From NCBI GenBank assembly GCA_041391605.1, contig JAWKNQ010000003.1, forward strand, positions 14,724 through 78,723: DNA of 64,000 nt. Direction: 5' to 3'. This DNA is from Bacteroidia bacterium (GTDB taxonomy: Bacteria > Bacteroidota > Bacteroidia > NS11-12g > UBA955). A program made the position numbers and the translations under genes. Within the stretch, counting starts at the first letter, position 1. Every line of letters begins with the position of its first letter. Positions 48,742 through 58,718 of the stretch are shown one piece after another. The notes under the pieces were generated by a model that was given only the letters and a program-made list of their open reading frames with translations, made no database searches and was not told the DNA's origin.

Positions 48742-50634
48742 CTAATATGCTCTTGCTGAATTATTTTCCATAAAATAGACAAATGATCTATTTGTTATCC
48801 GATTTCCACCTGGTGTTGGAAAGTCACCGGTAAAGTACCAATCACCTTTGTGATCAGGACAAGCCTTATGCAAATCATCTACAGTTTGGAATATAATCTC
48901 AACTTCAGATTCAAAATCATCCGGAGTAACTATCTCTGCAATTTTATCTGACACTTGTTTTTGAGTAAACAGTTTGTACAAATCGACAACTTTATTCTCA
49001 ACCTTTTCTGTTGGTTTTTGCATTTCTATTTTGCACAATTTGTATGTTTCGTCTAATTTGTGTTCGAGATTATTCTCTTTTAGCAATTCTAAAACAGCTC
49101 TAAAAGCAACAAAATCTTTTAGTCTGCTCATATCTATACCGTAACAATCGGGAAATAATATTTGAGGAGCGCTCGAAACCACTAAAATCTTCTTAGGTTT
49201 CAATCGCCCCAAAATTTTCAAAATGCTAGTTTTGAGAGTTGTTCCCCTGACAATTGAATCATCAATTATTACTAATGTGTCTTTTTTAGGCTCTATTATG
49301 CCATAAGTCACATCGTATGCATGCCCAACAATATCTTCTCTATCTGTATCATTTGTGATAAACGTGCGCATTTTTGCATCTTTAACCAATATCTTTTCTC
49401 TTCTAATACGATAAGTTAAAATTTCTTGAATTCGCTCTTCTGTAAGATTGTCTTTTTCAGCCATTAAAACTTCAGAACGATGTACTTTTAACCAATCGTT
49501 AATTCCATCTATCATACCATAAAAAGCAGTTGCAGCAGTGTTTGGTATATAAGCGAAAACCGTATTTTCAATGTTGTAGTTTAGAGTCTCGAGAACTTTG
49601 GGAGCTAATAATTTGCCGAGTGTTTTGCGTTCACTATAAATGTCGGCATCATTACCTCTCGAAAAATAAATTCGTTCGAAAGAACAAGACTTTTTCTCAC
49701 CTTGATCTAAAATTCTTGATTCGCGATAAGAGCCATCCTTATTTATTATAAGGGCACAGCCAGGAGTTATTTCTTTAATCTCTTGGTAAGGCACGTTAAA
49801 AGTGGTTGTGATTGCAGGTCTTTCGCTAGCCACCACCAACATCTCATCATCAGCATACCAGAACGAAGGACGAATACCATTTGGGTCTCTAATCACAAAT
49901 GAATCACCATGACCAATCATACCAACCATATTGTAACCACCATCAGTTCTTTTGAAGGCATTTTTTAAGATACTTTCAATGGATAAGCTCTCTTTAATTT
50001 TTTCTGTGATTTCAAAATTTGAAAATCCCTCACTTTTATACAATTTGAAGAGTCTTTCATTTTCTTCGTCCAAAAAATGACCAATTTTTTCCAACATGGT
50101 CACATTATCACTAATCTCTTTAGGTTGTTGTCCTAATTCAATTAATTGCGTAAATAATTCATCAACATTTGTTAAATTGTAATTACCTGCAAGGACCAAA
50201 TTTCTACACATCCAATTATTTTGACGTAAAAATGGATGTAAATTTTCTAAATTATTTCCACCATGTGTACCATAACGCAAATGACCCAACAATAACTCTC
50301 CAGCATACGGGCAATGCTCTTTTAAATATAAAGCATTGTTAATTTTGTTTTGATCAAGTCCACTTAAGGATTGATTTACTGCATCAAAAATGTCTGCAAC
50401 TGGATTTCTTGAATTAGAACGCTTTCTTGCTAAATACCTTTGACCGAATTGTGGATCTAACTTAATTACACCTATTCCAGCACCATCCTGACCGCGATTA
50501 ATCTGCTTGGCCATCAACAACTGAAGCTTCTTCAGTCCATAAAAAGGTGTTCCATATTTTTCGGTAAAATACTCGAGGGGTTTAAGAAGCCGAATGAACG
50601 CAACTCCGCATTCGTGCTTTATGTCATCACTCAT
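48742..50634 (-). CDS. purF: amidophosphoribosyltransferase (long, class II Ntn type)
   Basis: N-terminal ...HECGVAFI nucleophile Cys and a PRPP loop (VIIDDSIVRGTT). Confidence 0.88.
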   Translation of the reverse strand: MSDDIKHECGVAFIRLLKPLEYFTEKYGTPFYGLKKLQLLMAKQINRGQDGAGIGVIKLDPQFGQRYLARKRSNSRNPVADIFDAVNQSLSGLDQNKINNALYLKEHCPYAGELLLGHLRYGTHGGNNLENLHPFLRQNNWMCRNLVLAGNYNLTNVDELFTQLIELGQQPKEISDNVTMLEKIGHFLDEENERLFKLYKSEGFSNFEITEKIKESLSIESILKNAFKRTDGGYNMVGMIGHGDSFVIRDPNGIRPSFWYADDEMLVVASERPAITTTFNVPYQEIKEITPGCALIINKDGSYRESRILDQGEKKSCSFERIYFSRGNDADIYSERKTLGKLLAPKVLETLNYNIENTVFAYIPNTAATAFYGMIDGINDWLKVHRSEVLMAEKDNLTEERIQEILTYRIRREKILVKDAKMRTFITNDTDREDIVGHAYDVTYGIIEPKKDTLVIIDDSIVRGTTLKTSILKILGRLKPKKILVVSSAPQILFPDCYGIDMSRLKDFVAFRAVLELLKENNLEHKLDETYKLCKIEMQKPTEKVENKVVDLYKLFTQKQVSDKIAEIVTPDDFESEVEIIFQTVDDLHKACPDHKGDWYFTGDFPTPGGNRITNRSFVYFMENNSARAY

Positions 50635-50650
50635 GGTTTTTAATTGAGCG

Positions 50651-50658
50651 CAAAGTTA
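50651..50658 (-). promoter_or_regulatory. -7 box TAACTTTG, 16 nt upstream of the purF ATG
   Basis: Exact TAnnTTTG match on the minus strand. Confidence 0.4.
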
Positions 50659-50792
50659 ACAAAATATCTCTGGAATGTGTCACTTTAACATATAAGAATT
50701 GAACATAAGTCTATAATTACTTCAAATAAAACCTCAATCATCAAACTTGAATTCAGTAATTACCTGAATATCATGATTAAATCTGAGCTTTA

Positions 50793-51302
50793 TTATTTTA
50801 CTTCAACCGTAATTTGAGTACTCATGGCCGGGCCATAAGACATGTGCAAGCCATTTGCAAATTGTAACCTCAAGGTATGTTTACCAGGAGTTAACATGGG
50901 ATATTTGTCTAAGCTCAATGTATCCGACAATTGGCCTTTTCCAAAATGGTAATAACCCTCTGATTCTTTACCCATTGGTACCATTGTAGATGCAGGTGTA
51001 TAACTTTGATCAATAAATAAATGATGATGCCCTTTGTTCTCATTTACACCTTGAGCGGGCTCCACTTCCATACCTTTAACTCCAAATTCAACAACAAAAG
51101 GTAAAGTAATAGTTTGACCATCTTTTAAATTGGGAAAATAAACAGATTGATCGGACGAAATTGCAGTTGTATCCACAACATCTTGTGTCTGTGTATTTGC
51201 AGTGTGATCATGTCCATGTTCAACTGTATCTGCAGTGGTATTGGAACTATTGTTGCAAGCAGCCAAAATTAATAAAGCTGGTAAAATATTAAATACTTTC
51301 AT
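50793..51302 (-). CDS. DUF4399-like lipoprotein
   Basis: Lipobox LILAAC, a His-rich linker and the GHHHLFID motif. Confidence 0.55.
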   Translation of the reverse strand: MKVFNILPALLILAACNNSSNTTADTVEHGHDHTANTQTQDVVDTTAISSDQSVYFPNLKDGQTITLPFVVEFGVKGMEVEPAQGVNENKGHHHLFIDQSYTPASTMVPMGKESEGYYHFGKGQLSDTLSLDKYPMLTPGKHTLRLQFANGLHMSYGPAMSTQITVEVK

Positions 51303-51321
51303 AAGATTGATAATTAGTTCG

Positions 51322-51329
51322 CAAAGATA
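51322..51329 (-). promoter_or_regulatory. -7 box TATCTTTG, 19 nt upstream of the ATG at 51302
   Basis: Exact TAnnTTTG match on the minus strand. Confidence 0.35.
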
Positions 51330-51337
51330 AGAAAATC

Positions 51338-52030
51338 TTAATGATTACACAGATTAATAAGTCGATTAACTAATTGCGGAAGCGCTTTAGCTGCAGTGTT
51401 TTTTATAACAGTTAGCTTATTACTTTCCATATCCTGATGTCGGTTTGGGTCAATTAGATATATTTCTGTATTGGTTTGAACAAAATCAATTAAACTGGCA
51501 GCTGGATACACCTCCAAGGATGTTCCAACAACGATTAGAATATGAGCACTTTTAACCATTTCAACTGCTCGTTCCATCATTGGAACTAATTCGCCAAACC
51601 ATACAATATGAGGTCTTAATAATCCACCTTTAGGGCACAAACTTCCATACTTTAATTTCTGATACCCAATTTCGTATAAATCATTATTTTTACTACTCCT
51701 TAATTTGGTGAGTTCACCATGCAAATGTATTATATTTTTAGAACCTGCTCTTTCGTGTAAATCATCCACATTTTGAGTAATTACTGTGGTATTGTAAGCC
51801 TCTTCTAAATCTTTAATCGCGAAGTGTCCTGCATTGGGTTCTACTATTGATAATTGCGAACGTCTATCGTTATAAAATGAATTTACAAGCTCAGGATTTT
51901 TCATCCATCCATCATAGCTTGCCACTTCCATAACATCATAACCTTCCCACAAACCATCAGAATCGCGAAATGTTTTCAAACCACTTTCAGCGCTCATCCC
52001 AGCACCACTTAATACAACAACATTTTTCAA
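51338..52030 (-). CDS. cobB: NAD-dependent protein deacylase (Sir2 family)
   Basis: GAGMSAESG, TQNVDDLHERAG and HLHG. Confidence 0.9.
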   Translation of the reverse strand: MKNVVVLSGAGMSAESGLKTFRDSDGLWEGYDVMEVASYDGWMKNPELVNSFYNDRRSQLSIVEPNAGHFAIKDLEEAYNTTVITQNVDDLHERAGSKNIIHLHGELTKLRSSKNNDLYEIGYQKLKYGSLCPKGGLLRPHIVWFGELVPMMERAVEMVKSAHILIVVGTSLEVYPAASLIDFVQTNTEIYLIDPNRHQDMESNKLTVIKNTAAKALPQLVNRLINLCNH

Positions 52031-52040
52031 ATTAATGTAT

Positions 52041-53069
52041 CTATAAATTAAATTTTAACTCTTTAAATGTTTTAATTTTTTTAATAAAATGCGACCAAAC
52101 AATACTCTTTCGGTACACTTGACGTTCGAAATACGCCTTGTTTCCATCTCTTATTACTCGTTTCTTTCTCCATTTACTTAACTTTAATATAAAATGCCTA
52201 TGAGCAGCAGCGATAGCTTTAAAATCACCAAATTTACCTTGAAATAAAAATCTATATGCTGCAATATGGTCTATTAATAATCGCATAAATATAATCTGAA
52301 ACAACTTTCCTTTTGGTAAGTTTTTAAGGAGAAGAATTAAGCCATTTCTAAAATTGTAATATGTTTTTTTAGGATTAGTTTTTTGAAGTGTTCCACCACC
52401 AACATGATAAACAACACTTTCAGGGCATACCCACACTTGATGCCCAGCATTTTGCAATCTCCAACACAAATCAATTTCTTCCATGTGAGCGAAAAAATCT
52501 TCATCAAGACCTCCAATTGAATGATAAAGATCAGCACGAATAAATAAGGCCGCACCTGTGGCCCAAAACACTTGTTTCATCTCATCGTATTGGCCTCTAT
52601 CAAATTCAATGCTTTCAAAAATTCGGCCTCTGCAAAAAGGAAAACCATATTTATCAATATACCCTCCTCCTGCACCAGCATATTCGAAACTTTTTTTATC
52701 GTGCCATGAAATTATTTTAGGTTGAATTGCTGCAATTTCTTCTTTACTCTCAAATAATTTTACAATCGATTCAATCCAATTGCTTTCAACTTCAACATCG
52801 CTATTTAACAAAACATAGTAGTCTGTGTGAACTTCTTTTAAAGCTCTATTGTAGCCACCTGTAAATCCATGATTCTCTTGAAATTCAATGCATCGTATTT
52901 CAGGAAATTTTTCTTTAACAAAATTTACGGAACCATCTGTAGATGCATTATCGGCAACGACAATTTCTAGATTCTTATAAGTTGAATTACAAACTGAAGG
53001 CAGAAATTTTTCGAGAAATTCCTTTGTGTTATAATTTAAAATGACAACCCCTACCGTTCCACTCATCAT
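52041..53069 (-). CDS. glycosyltransferase family 2
   Basis: VVILNYN...DNASTDGS, and DxD in LDEDFF. Confidence 0.8.
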   Translation of the reverse strand: MMSGTVGVVILNYNTKEFLEKFLPSVCNSTYKNLEIVVADNASTDGSVNFVKEKFPEIRCIEFQENHGFTGGYNRALKEVHTDYYVLLNSDVEVESNWIESIVKLFESKEEIAAIQPKIISWHDKKSFEYAGAGGGYIDKYGFPFCRGRIFESIEFDRGQYDEMKQVFWATGAALFIRADLYHSIGGLDEDFFAHMEEIDLCWRLQNAGHQVWVCPESVVYHVGGGTLQKTNPKKTYYNFRNGLILLLKNLPKGKLFQIIFMRLLIDHIAAYRFLFQGKFGDFKAIAAAHRHFILKLSKWRKKRVIRDGNKAYFERQVYRKSIVWSHFIKKIKTFKELKFNL

Positions 53070-53455
53070 GCTTCTTCTTTATTTTCAGCAGATTTGCTTT
53101 GGTAAGGCACAAAAACAAATTGTGCGCCCTGCCCTGTAATTAAGAAAATACAACACTGAATCTTTGGGTCCTTATAGGCTTTTTTGAACAACTGCACATT
53201 ATTCTTCGAAATAATTTTACGCTCTACAAATTCTTCTAAAGTTGAGGCTTGTATAGTAAAATTTGTACCTAACTCTTCCTTATCGAGAATCAATTCACCT
53301 AATTTAACTTCTTCTTGATGAGCAATAAACAGTGGATACTGACTAAATCCTTCTTTAATTATTTCATCACTAACTTCTTTGATAGAATCCTTGTAAAATT
53401 CCATGTCTGCCTGCAATAATTTAAGGTACCCTTTAAGAACTTCTTCTGTCATCAT
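53066..53455 (-). CDS. hypothetical 129-aa protein
   Basis: Clean ORF with a 4-nt overlap with the downstream GT2. It begins 15 nt after the helicase stop. Confidence 0.4.
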   Translation of the reverse strand: MMTEEVLKGYLKLLQADMEFYKDSIKEVSDEIIKEGFSQYPLFIAHQEEVKLGELILDKEELGTNFTIQASTLEEFVERKIISKNNVQLFKKAYKDPKIQCCIFLITGQGAQFVFVPYQSKSAENKEEA

Positions 53456-53470
53456 ATAATTACTGCAAAT

Positions 53471-56400
53471 TTATGACATTCCTTCATCTTCATCAACACT
53501 ACTTCCTGGCAAAGAATTACTCACATATTTTTCCTTTTTTAAGTAATATTTTACAAAGTTGCACCAATGACAGAAGTCATCTCCGCACCCCTTTTCAAAC
53601 TGATGAGACTTAATGTTTTTATAAACATCAACAATTTGCAATTTAACCATATCTGCTTGCTCATTGTCAATACTAAACAATTCTCGATGATAGTCGCCGT
53701 GCTTATTTGGCTCAACAAAATTCATCTCTCCTCTCTTCATATGCCAAGCATTACTTCGATCATTTTCAATTAGCAAATGATAAAACACCATTTGTCTCCA
53801 ATAATCTCCGCCATATTGTTCTTCGTAATTATCTTCTTTTGGTACTGGTTTGGGAGGTTTGCATTTTTTAATTGCTCTTTCAAAATTTCCTGTTTTGAAA
53901 TCAATAACATACGCATCGTGCCCTTCGAAAACAATTCTATCTAATTTTCCTTTAATTGGTACACCAGCTAATTCAACATGTGTTATATTCTTTTCGATTG
54001 TGTATACAGTCTCTTTCTCCCATTCTTCCTTATTATTCTCGTAATAAGGTGGTAAAATTATCTTACCATTTGCTAAGTGTCTTTTGAATCCATCTTCTGT
54101 AAAACTATCTCGATTCCTTCTCATTGATTTTTCAAAAAAAGCAATGAATATTTCTACAGATGGCAACTGGTTATTATCATCATTTTGCATTGTTTTAAAA
54201 AGCTCTTCTAATGCATCGTGGATGGCGGTTCCAAATGAAGCGCTTTCACTTTTAGCACTTGGCACTTTTAATACATGATTAAAATAAAAAGATATGGGGC
54301 ATTTCAAATACGAATTCAGATGAGTGGCCGACAAGGTATAATTTTCAAGAATCGTGTCTAAATAATCGTGATCTAATAGTTCAAAATCTGGTGTTACATC
54401 AAATTGATAATAAAGTGTTTCAAATTCTAAAATCGACTCATTTTCTATTTCAACTCGCTTTTCAATGAGTTTTGCTTCTGATTCTAATTCTGCAATAAAC
54501 TGCAACTTATTGAGCTTCTTTTCGTTTAAATCTTTTTCATAAAATGAAATATTTAAACTTCGCTTTGCACGTGTCATTCCAACGTAAAACAAGCGTCTTA
54601 TTTCTTCAATTTCCGATTCATCGCCACTGGTATCCGCCATTATTTTGGCTAAGCCAAAATCTCTTGAATTTCCTCTTTTTTTTATCCAATCCGAATCGAT
54701 TCCACGAATGATAAATACATGGTCAAACTCTAAACCTTTACTTCCGTGTAAAGTCATTAAGTTAACACTGTCTGGCATATGTAAAATTTGCTGAGCTTCA
54801 ATTGGAATATTGAAGTTCTTATACGTTTGTATGGTATCCAATAAATTACCTAAACTCATATTTGGAGTTTTTGATGCCTCTTCTTTTACAAAATCAAAGA
54901 AGGTTCTTAAAATCTGCATTTGCCAGCGTTTAGAATCAGCTTGCATGACATAACTTAATATGCCTCCTTTTGCAATTAATTTCTCAACCAATTGAGGAAC
55001 AGTTAAATTGTTTGACTCTGTAATCCAAAACTCTAAATCACTGCCTAAGCGTTTCAATTCAGAAATTGAATCCATGCTTGGCATCTCCGAAAATAGGTCT
55101 CGTTTACCATTAGACAAATCGTCCAGATAGTCTCTCCATCTCATCCTTTTTCTCCTGATTTCAGGACTAATACGAGCCAAGTCAATAGCTTTGATTTTAT
55201 AAAAATCGTAATTTAATATTTCAAAAATTATCTCCTCTCCAGAATAAGGTCTTGTAATCTCAGCATTCAAATACGTCAAAATGGTGAGTAGTTTATTCAC
55301 TAACAACTCTTCAAGAATATTAACTTTTCTTTTCGAGTTATAGGGAATTTGATGCGCGTTAAAGTACTTTAATAGGTCTTCAGCATGTTTATGATTTCTG
55401 TATAACACTGCAATGTTTTGATATGGAGTTCCGTTCTTGTGTAATTTTAATATTGAACTCCCAACTCCTACAGTTTCATGAATTGGATTTAAATATTTAT
55501 TTATTTCAGGGTGATAATTCTGTGATTGAAATTCAGGGTTTTTTGAAAGTAAATGTTTGTCAATTGCTGTTAATCGCTCTGTGTTGGCATTAATCAAAGC
55601 CCTAGAAGCATCAAGTATTCCTTGATTAGACCTGTAATTATCGCTTAAAACAATTGTCTTTAAATGGTCCTTATAACTGTTTGCAAAATTTAAAATATTT
55701 CCAACATTAGCCCCTTGAAATCTATAAATGGATTGATCATCATCACCAACTACAAATAAGTTTGGTATTTCCCAATACTCAGTCAAATACGTGATGAGTT
55801 CCAATTGTGAACCATTTGTGTCTTGAAATTCATCAACTAAAAAATATAAGTACCTTTCTTGATAGTTAAGTAAAAAATCTTTATCATCCTTGAATGCATT
55901 TAAGACCCATAAAATCATATCTGAAAAATCATATAGATTTCTTTCCTTCATTTTAAGATTGAATACATCAAACAATTCTACTGCAGCCCTTAGTCTTTCA
56001 ATCTTTAACTTTTCATCTCTAAAATCCTTTTCTTTTAAATCACCTTTTTTAAAGTTCTTTCCATTTACTTTGTAAATAAAGTCGCCGTTATCTTCTTTCT
56101 CCTTAAAATAACGATCTGCATTTTGGAGAATTTGTTCTTTGCTAAAATGCTCTTTCTTTATAACATCAAATAATCGAATTAAATCGTTCGCCTCAAAATA
56201 CACATCACCTTTCAAACGTTTTAGAATATGATCATTGGGGAGCTCATCAATTATTTCCTTCATAATCTCATATACCTCAAGTTCACCTGCAGCCTTTAAA
56301 TTTTTATAGCCAAAATAACTACCGTTAAATTGAATTATTTCATTACACAATGAGTGAAATGTATGAATATGTACACGATAAGCAATTGGACCTACAAAAG

Positions 56401-56635
56401 ACAACAATCTTTCTCTCATGGCAACTACACCTGCATCGGTGTATGTTAAACACAATATCTGATAAGGATTTGTATCTGTTTTTTCTAAAATATTAGCAAT
56501 TCTAGCTGCCAAAATTTGAGTCTTGCCTGTACCTGGCCCTGCCACAACCATAACCGGACCATCAATTTGATCAACTGCTTGTTTTTGAAGGGAATTAAGA
56601 GAATTGTATAGGTCTTCAAATCCGGTATTAGTCAT
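53471..56635 (-). CDS. UvrD/PcrA-type SF1 helicase fused to a C-terminal PD-(D/E)XK, Cas4/AddB-like Cys-cluster nuclease
   Basis: Walker A VVAGPGTGKTQIL, LVDEFQDTN, VGMTRAK. The C-terminal nuclease-like region has ...CPISFYF... and a terminal GCGDDFCHWCNF. Confidence 0.8.
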   Translation of the reverse strand: MTNTGFEDLYNSLNSLQKQAVDQIDGPVMVVAGPGTGKTQILAARIANILEKTDTNPYQILCLTYTDAGVVAMRERLLSFVGPIAYRVHIHTFHSLCNEIIQFNGSYFGYKNLKAAGELEVYEIMKEIIDELPNDHILKRLKGDVYFEANDLIRLFDVIKKEHFSKEQILQNADRYFKEKEDNGDFIYKVNGKNFKKGDLKEKDFRDEKLKIERLRAAVELFDVFNLKMKERNLYDFSDMILWVLNAFKDDKDFLLNYQERYLYFLVDEFQDTNGSQLELITYLTEYWEIPNLFVVGDDDQSIYRFQGANVGNILNFANSYKDHLKTIVLSDNYRSNQGILDASRALINANTERLTAIDKHLLSKNPEFQSQNYHPEINKYLNPIHETVGVGSSILKLHKNGTPYQNIAVLYRNHKHAEDLLKYFNAHQIPYNSKRKVNILEELLVNKLLTILTYLNAEITRPYSGEEIIFEILNYDFYKIKAIDLARISPEIRRKRMRWRDYLDDLSNGKRDLFSEMPSMDSISELKRLGSDLEFWITESNNLTVPQLVEKLIAKGGILSYVMQADSKRWQMQILRTFFDFVKEEASKTPNMSLGNLLDTIQTYKNFNIPIEAQQILHMPDSVNLMTLHGSKGLEFDHVFIIRGIDSDWIKKRGNSRDFGLAKIMADTSGDESEIEEIRRLFYVGMTRAKRSLNISFYEKDLNEKKLNKLQFIAELESEAKLIEKRVEIENESILEFETLYYQFDVTPDFELLDHDYLDTILENYTLSATHLNSYLKCPISFYFNHVLKVPSAKSESASFGTAIHDALEELFKTMQNDDNNQLPSVEIFIAFFEKSMRRNRDSFTEDGFKRHLANGKIILPPYYENNKEEWEKETVYTIEKNITHVELAGVPIKGKLDRIVFEGHDAYVIDFKTGNFERAIKKCKPPKPVPKEDNYEEQYGGDYWRQMVFYHLLIENDRSNAWHMKRGEMNFVEPNKHGDYHRELFSIDNEQADMVKLQIVDVYKNIKSHQFEKGCGDDFCHWCNFVKYYLKKEKYVSNSLPGSSVDEDEGMS

Positions 56636-56690
56636 AGTACAATAATAGAAAAAAATACCGATAAATTTAAAAAATGCTTATCATTGAAAC

Positions 56691-57986
56691 ATGGATAAAA
56701 ACCGATTTTGGATTATTCTTATTGTGGTGCATTTGCTGTTTTTTAGCAAGCAAATGTTTATTGGCAATTCTCTAATTCAAGATAGTAAAGAATATTTGTT
56801 TGCAGCAAATAATATAATTGAACATCAAACACTTTATGCTTGGAATCTAAATCATGCTTTTAATGCCGATTGGTTAACAAAAAGACCAATTTTGTATCCA
56901 TTGATATTAGCCATTTTGAAAATTTTAAGTTTTGGGTCATCCTATATTTTTTATTTCTTGATTTACGCACTTCAAAACATCATTAGTTTAGCATCAATTT
57001 ATCTATGCCTTAAAATAACTGAACATTTCAAAATAAAAGTCAATTGGTGGAAAGCTACATTATTTATGGTTTTATGCGTGTCTCAATTTATTTATGCCAA
57101 TATGATTATGAGCGAAATTTGGCTTCAATTTACTTTAATTTCCATATTATATTTTTCATTAACACGCTCATTAAATACAAAAACTACAGGTATACTCGTA
57201 TTTTTAATCATAGCGGCAATGTCGTTAAAACCAGTCATGATTTTCGCAACATTGGCAATGCCTTTTGTTTTTATTTTTATTTGTATGAAATCGGGTAATT
57301 GGGTAAGGCTTTTTATTGTATTTATTCCATTATTATTTTTCTTATCAGTCTCCGCAATAAACAAAGAAAGAACAGGCTATTTTCACTACTCATCAATTAG
57401 CACCATTAACCTTTTACACTACAATACCTATAGTGTATTAATGCATGAATATGGGCAAAAAACAGCCGATTCCATTATTGATAATATCCATACTAGAGCT
57501 CAAATTATGAGCAGCTACTCTGAAGAACAAATGGAAATTCAAAAATCTTGCAAAACGCAATTATTTGAGCATATAGGCACTTATACTTTTCTACATTTCA
57601 GAGGAATACTATTTTGCTTAATGGACCCTGGAAGATTTGACTTCACTCAATTTTTCAATTTAACTCATAAACAGAATTTACTATATGAATCGAATAAAGA
57701 AGGTGGAATTTTTAGGATTTTGAAATCCTTTCAAAATCCTTTAGGAATTCTATTAATGGGATTATTGTTGTTTAATCTTTATAAAATTTTTCTATGGATA
57801 AAGTTTATTACCTCTAAACACTTTAAATGGGGCACTAAATTACTATTATTGGCAATTCCAATATATATCCTAGGGTTGACAGGACCTATTGGTACTAGTC
57901 GATTTTTTATGCCATTAATTCCGTTTATCTTTTTAATTTTTTTGTTAGTTTCAAAACAAACGGAAATTGCCGGTAAATCAAATTGA
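56691..57986 (+). CDS. polytopic membrane protein, possibly a GT-C (ArnT/PMT-like) glycosyltransferase
   Basis: 431 aa with at least 10 predicted TM segments, next to the polysaccharide export genes. The family call is tentative. Confidence 0.35.
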   Translation: MDKNRFWIILIVVHLLFFSKQMFIGNSLIQDSKEYLFAANNIIEHQTLYAWNLNHAFNADWLTKRPILYPLILAILKILSFGSSYIFYFLIYALQNIISLASIYLCLKITEHFKIKVNWWKATLFMVLCVSQFIYANMIMSEIWLQFTLISILYFSLTRSLNTKTTGILVFLIIAAMSLKPVMIFATLAMPFVFIFICMKSGNWVRLFIVFIPLLFFLSVSAINKERTGYFHYSSISTINLLHYNTYSVLMHEYGQKTADSIIDNIHTRAQIMSSYSEEQMEIQKSCKTQLFEHIGTYTFLHFRGILFCLMDPGRFDFTQFFNLTHKQNLLYESNKEGGIFRILKSFQNPLGILLMGLLLFNLYKIFLWIKFITSKHFKWGTKLLLLAIPIYILGLTGPIGTSRFFMPLIPFIFLIFLLVSKQTEIAGKSN

Positions 57987-58709
57987 GTTTTCTACTTTTG
58001 AGAAATCTATTGATGAAAACAACTTGGTTCTAATCACTTCGTTCATTAAATTTAAATGATCAACTGTATGTGCGTCAGTACCAAGAAAGTGATAATGTCC
58101 ATTGTTAATAATCCATTGTGCTAATTTTTTAGCAGGTGGCGAATAATGAGAAACTAGAGAAAGCAAATTAATCTGGAATTTTACTCCTGATTCGATAATT
58201 TGTTCTGCAACTTCATAATTATCTTGAAGGTAAATATATCGTTCGGGATGAGCTAATACTGGTTTATATCCAGCTGTTTTCAAATCAAACATCAATTGAC
58301 TAAAAAAAACTGGCTTATTCATAAAAGAAGTTTCAACCAATACATGTGAATTGTGAAAAGTTAAAATATCTGCTTTGTTTTTTATCTGATCGTAGAAAAA
58401 TTCATCCATGTAATACTCTGCCGCATAATCAATCTCTAATGGTAAATGATTGTCTTTCAATGCAAGCTCGAGTTGATTCTTAACAACCTCAATATTCTCT
58501 CTTTTATTAGGATAGTAATCGCTCATTATATGTGGTGTTGCGATTACTTTACTATATCCAAGATCGATAAATTGACGAGCCATCTCAAGCGAGTTATCAA
58601 GCGTTTTTGAACCATCATCAATGCCAAACAAAATATGATTATGCATATCCCATTTTAAAGGCATCTCAACAGGTTTTTTTGATTGAAACAATCGACTTAA
58701 AATACCCAT
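57978..58709 (-). CDS. PHP-family protein-tyrosine phosphatase (CpsB/Wzh type)
   Basis: N-terminal DMHNHILFGIDDG and downstream TPH, GTDAH metal ligands. It follows the BY-kinase gene. Confidence 0.8.
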   Translation of the reverse strand: MGILSRLFQSKKPVEMPLKWDMHNHILFGIDDGSKTLDNSLEMARQFIDLGYSKVIATPHIMSDYYPNKRENIEVVKNQLELALKDNHLPLEIDYAAEYYMDEFFYDQIKNKADILTFHNSHVLVETSFMNKPVFFSQLMFDLKTAGYKPVLAHPERYIYLQDNYEVAEQIIESGVKFQINLLSLVSHYSPPAKKLAQWIINNGHYHFLGTDAHTVDHLNLMNEVIRTKLFSSIDFSKVENSI

Positions 58710-58718
58710 CTTTTATTT

